64,000 bases of DNA, taken from the human T2T-CHM13v2.0 reference genome, Homo sapiens. Location of the stretch: the NCBI RefSeq assembly GCF_009914755.1, contig NC_060939.1. The stretch is one strand, 5' to 3'. The position numbers were made by a program, and so were the translations under genes. Position 1 is the first letter of the stretch. Each line of letters begins with the position of its first letter. The notes under the pieces were generated by a model. The model saw nothing but the letters and a program-made list of their open reading frames with translations, searched no databases and was not told the origin of the DNA. Below, in pieces: positions 62,102 through 64,000 of the stretch.

Positions 62102-64000
62102 TGAGAGTAGTGGTTCTCCCAGCACGCAGCTGGAGATCTGAGAACAGGCAGACTGCCTCCTCAAGTGGGTCCCTGACCCCCGAGCAGCCTAACTGGGAGG
62201 CACCCCCCAGTAGGGGCAGACTGACACCTCACACGGCCAGGTACTCCTCTGAGACAAAACTTCTAGAGGAACGATCAGGCAGCAGCATTCGCGGTTCAAG
62301 TAAAACCGCTGTTCTGCAGCCACCACTGCTGATACCCAGGCAAACAGTGTCTGGAGTGGACCTCTAGCAAACTCCAACAGACCTGCAGCTGAGGGTCCTG
62401 TCTGTTAGAAGGAAAACTAACAAACAGAAAGGACATCCACACCAAAAACCCATCTGTACATCACCATCATCAAAGACCAAAAGTAGATAAAACCACAAAG
62501 ATGGGGAAAAAACAGAGCAGAAAAACTGGAAACTCTAAAAAACAGAGCGCCTCTCCTCCTCCAAAGGAACGCAGTTCCTCACCAGCAGTGGAACAAAGCT
62601 GGATGGAGAATGACTTTGATGAGTTGAGAGAAGAAGGCTTCAGATGATCAAACTACTCCGAGCTACAGGAGGAAATTCAAGCCAAAGGCAAAGAAGTTAA
62701 AAACTTTGAAAAAGAATTAGATGAATGTATAACTAAAATAACCAATACAGAGAAGTGCTTAAAGGAGCTGATGGAGCTGAAAGCCAAGGCTCGAGAACTT
62801 CGTGAAGAATGCAGAAGCCTCAGGAGCCGACGCAATCAACTGGAAGAAAGGGTATCAGCAATGGAAGATGAAATGAATGAAATGAAGCGAGAAGGGAAGT
62901 TTAGAGAAAAAAGAATAAAAAGAAATGAGCAAAGCCTCCAAGAAATATGGGACTACGTGAAAAGACCAAATCTACATCTGATTGGTGTACCTGAAAGTGA
63001 TGGGGAGAATGGAACCAAGTTGGAAAACACTCTGCAGGATATTATCCAGGAGAAATTCCCCAATCTAGCAAGGCAGGCCAACATTCAGATTCAGGAAATA
63101 CAGAGAATGCCACAAAGACACTCCTCGAGAAGAGCAACTCCAAGACACATAATTATCAGATTCACCAAAGTTGAAATGAAGAAAAAAATGTTAAGGGCAG
63201 CCAGAGAGAAAGGTCGGGTTACCCACAAAGTGAAGCCCATCAGACTAACAGCGGATCTCTAGGCAGAAACTCTACAAGCCAGAAGAGAGTGGGGGCCAAT
63301 ATTCAACATTCTTAAAGACAAGAATTTTCAACCCAGAATTTCATATCCAGCCAAACTAAGCTTCATAAGTGAAGGAGAAATAAAATCCTTTACAGACAAG
63401 CAAATGCTGAGAGATTTTGTCACTACCAGGCCTGCCCTAAAAGAGCTCTTGAAGGAAGCACTAAACGTGGAAAGGAAAAACTGGTACCAGCCACTGTAAA
63501 ATCATGCCAAATTGTAAAGACCATCGAGGCTAGGAAGAAACTGCATCAACTAACGAGCAAAATAACCAGCTAACATCATAATGACATGATCAAATTCACA
63601 TATAACAATATTAACTTTAAATGTAAATGGACTAAATGCTCCAATTAAAAGACACAGACTGGCAAATTGGATAAAGAGTCAAGACCCATCAGTGTGCTGT
63701 ATTCAGGAAACCCATCTCACATGCAGAGACACACATAGGCTCAAAATAAAGGGATGCGGGAAGATCTACCAAGCAAATAGAAAACAAAAAAAGGCAGGAG
63801 TTGCAATCCTAGTCTCTGATAAAACAGACTTTAAACCAACAAAGATCAAAAGAGACAAAGAAGGCCATTACATAATGGTAAAGGGATCAATTCAAAAAGA
63901 AGAGCTAAGTATCCTAAATATGTATGCACCCAATACAGGAGCATCCAGATTCATAAAGCAAGTCCTGAGTGACCTACAAAGAGACTTAGACTCCCACACA
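62102..64000 (+). mobile_element. L1PA3-PA5-age LINE-1, 5'UTR-truncated, runs off the window; ORF1 62501-63517 and ORF2 from 63581 both disabled
   Basis: ORF1 MGKKQSRK... with in-frame stops at 62645, 63260 and 63497; ORF2 begins ATG ACA TGA, a stop at codon 3. Confidence 0.96.

Noticed and set aside
62771-63262. 163-aa ORF as an active L1 ORF1p
   Set aside because: Fragment between nonsense codons; ORF2 stops at codon 3 and the promoter is truncated

Overview
Primate (human or great-ape) genomic DNA with no intact protein-coding gene; it looks like a segmental-duplication mosaic of about three blocks. Block 1 (1 to ~24 kb, GC-rich) carries a CpG-island promoter, exon 1 and partial intron 1 of an unprocessed ZCCHC14 copy. 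That exon has lost its start codon (ATG>GTG) and has a frameshift and an internal deletion, but keeps its splice donor. Block 2 (~24-42.8 kb, Alu-rich) carries two exons of an unprocessed RERE (atrophin-2) copy on the same strand, with nonsense codons but intact splice sites. Block 3 (42.8-64 kb, AT-rich, LINE-1-dense) starts at an abrupt Alu/L1 junction. Main candidate system: a chimeric unit in which a captured ZCCHC14 promoter/exon 1 could splice into RERE exons (probably REREP3 or a paralogue). It predicts a new ~293-aa fusion ORF and a 457-nt RERE-derived exon bracketed by oppositely oriented Alus, a circRNA-prone layout. Parent-gene comparisons and repeat subfamily calls are from recall of consensus and protein sequences, not from searches. 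GC-content statements are by eye. Most ORF-track entries are spurious.
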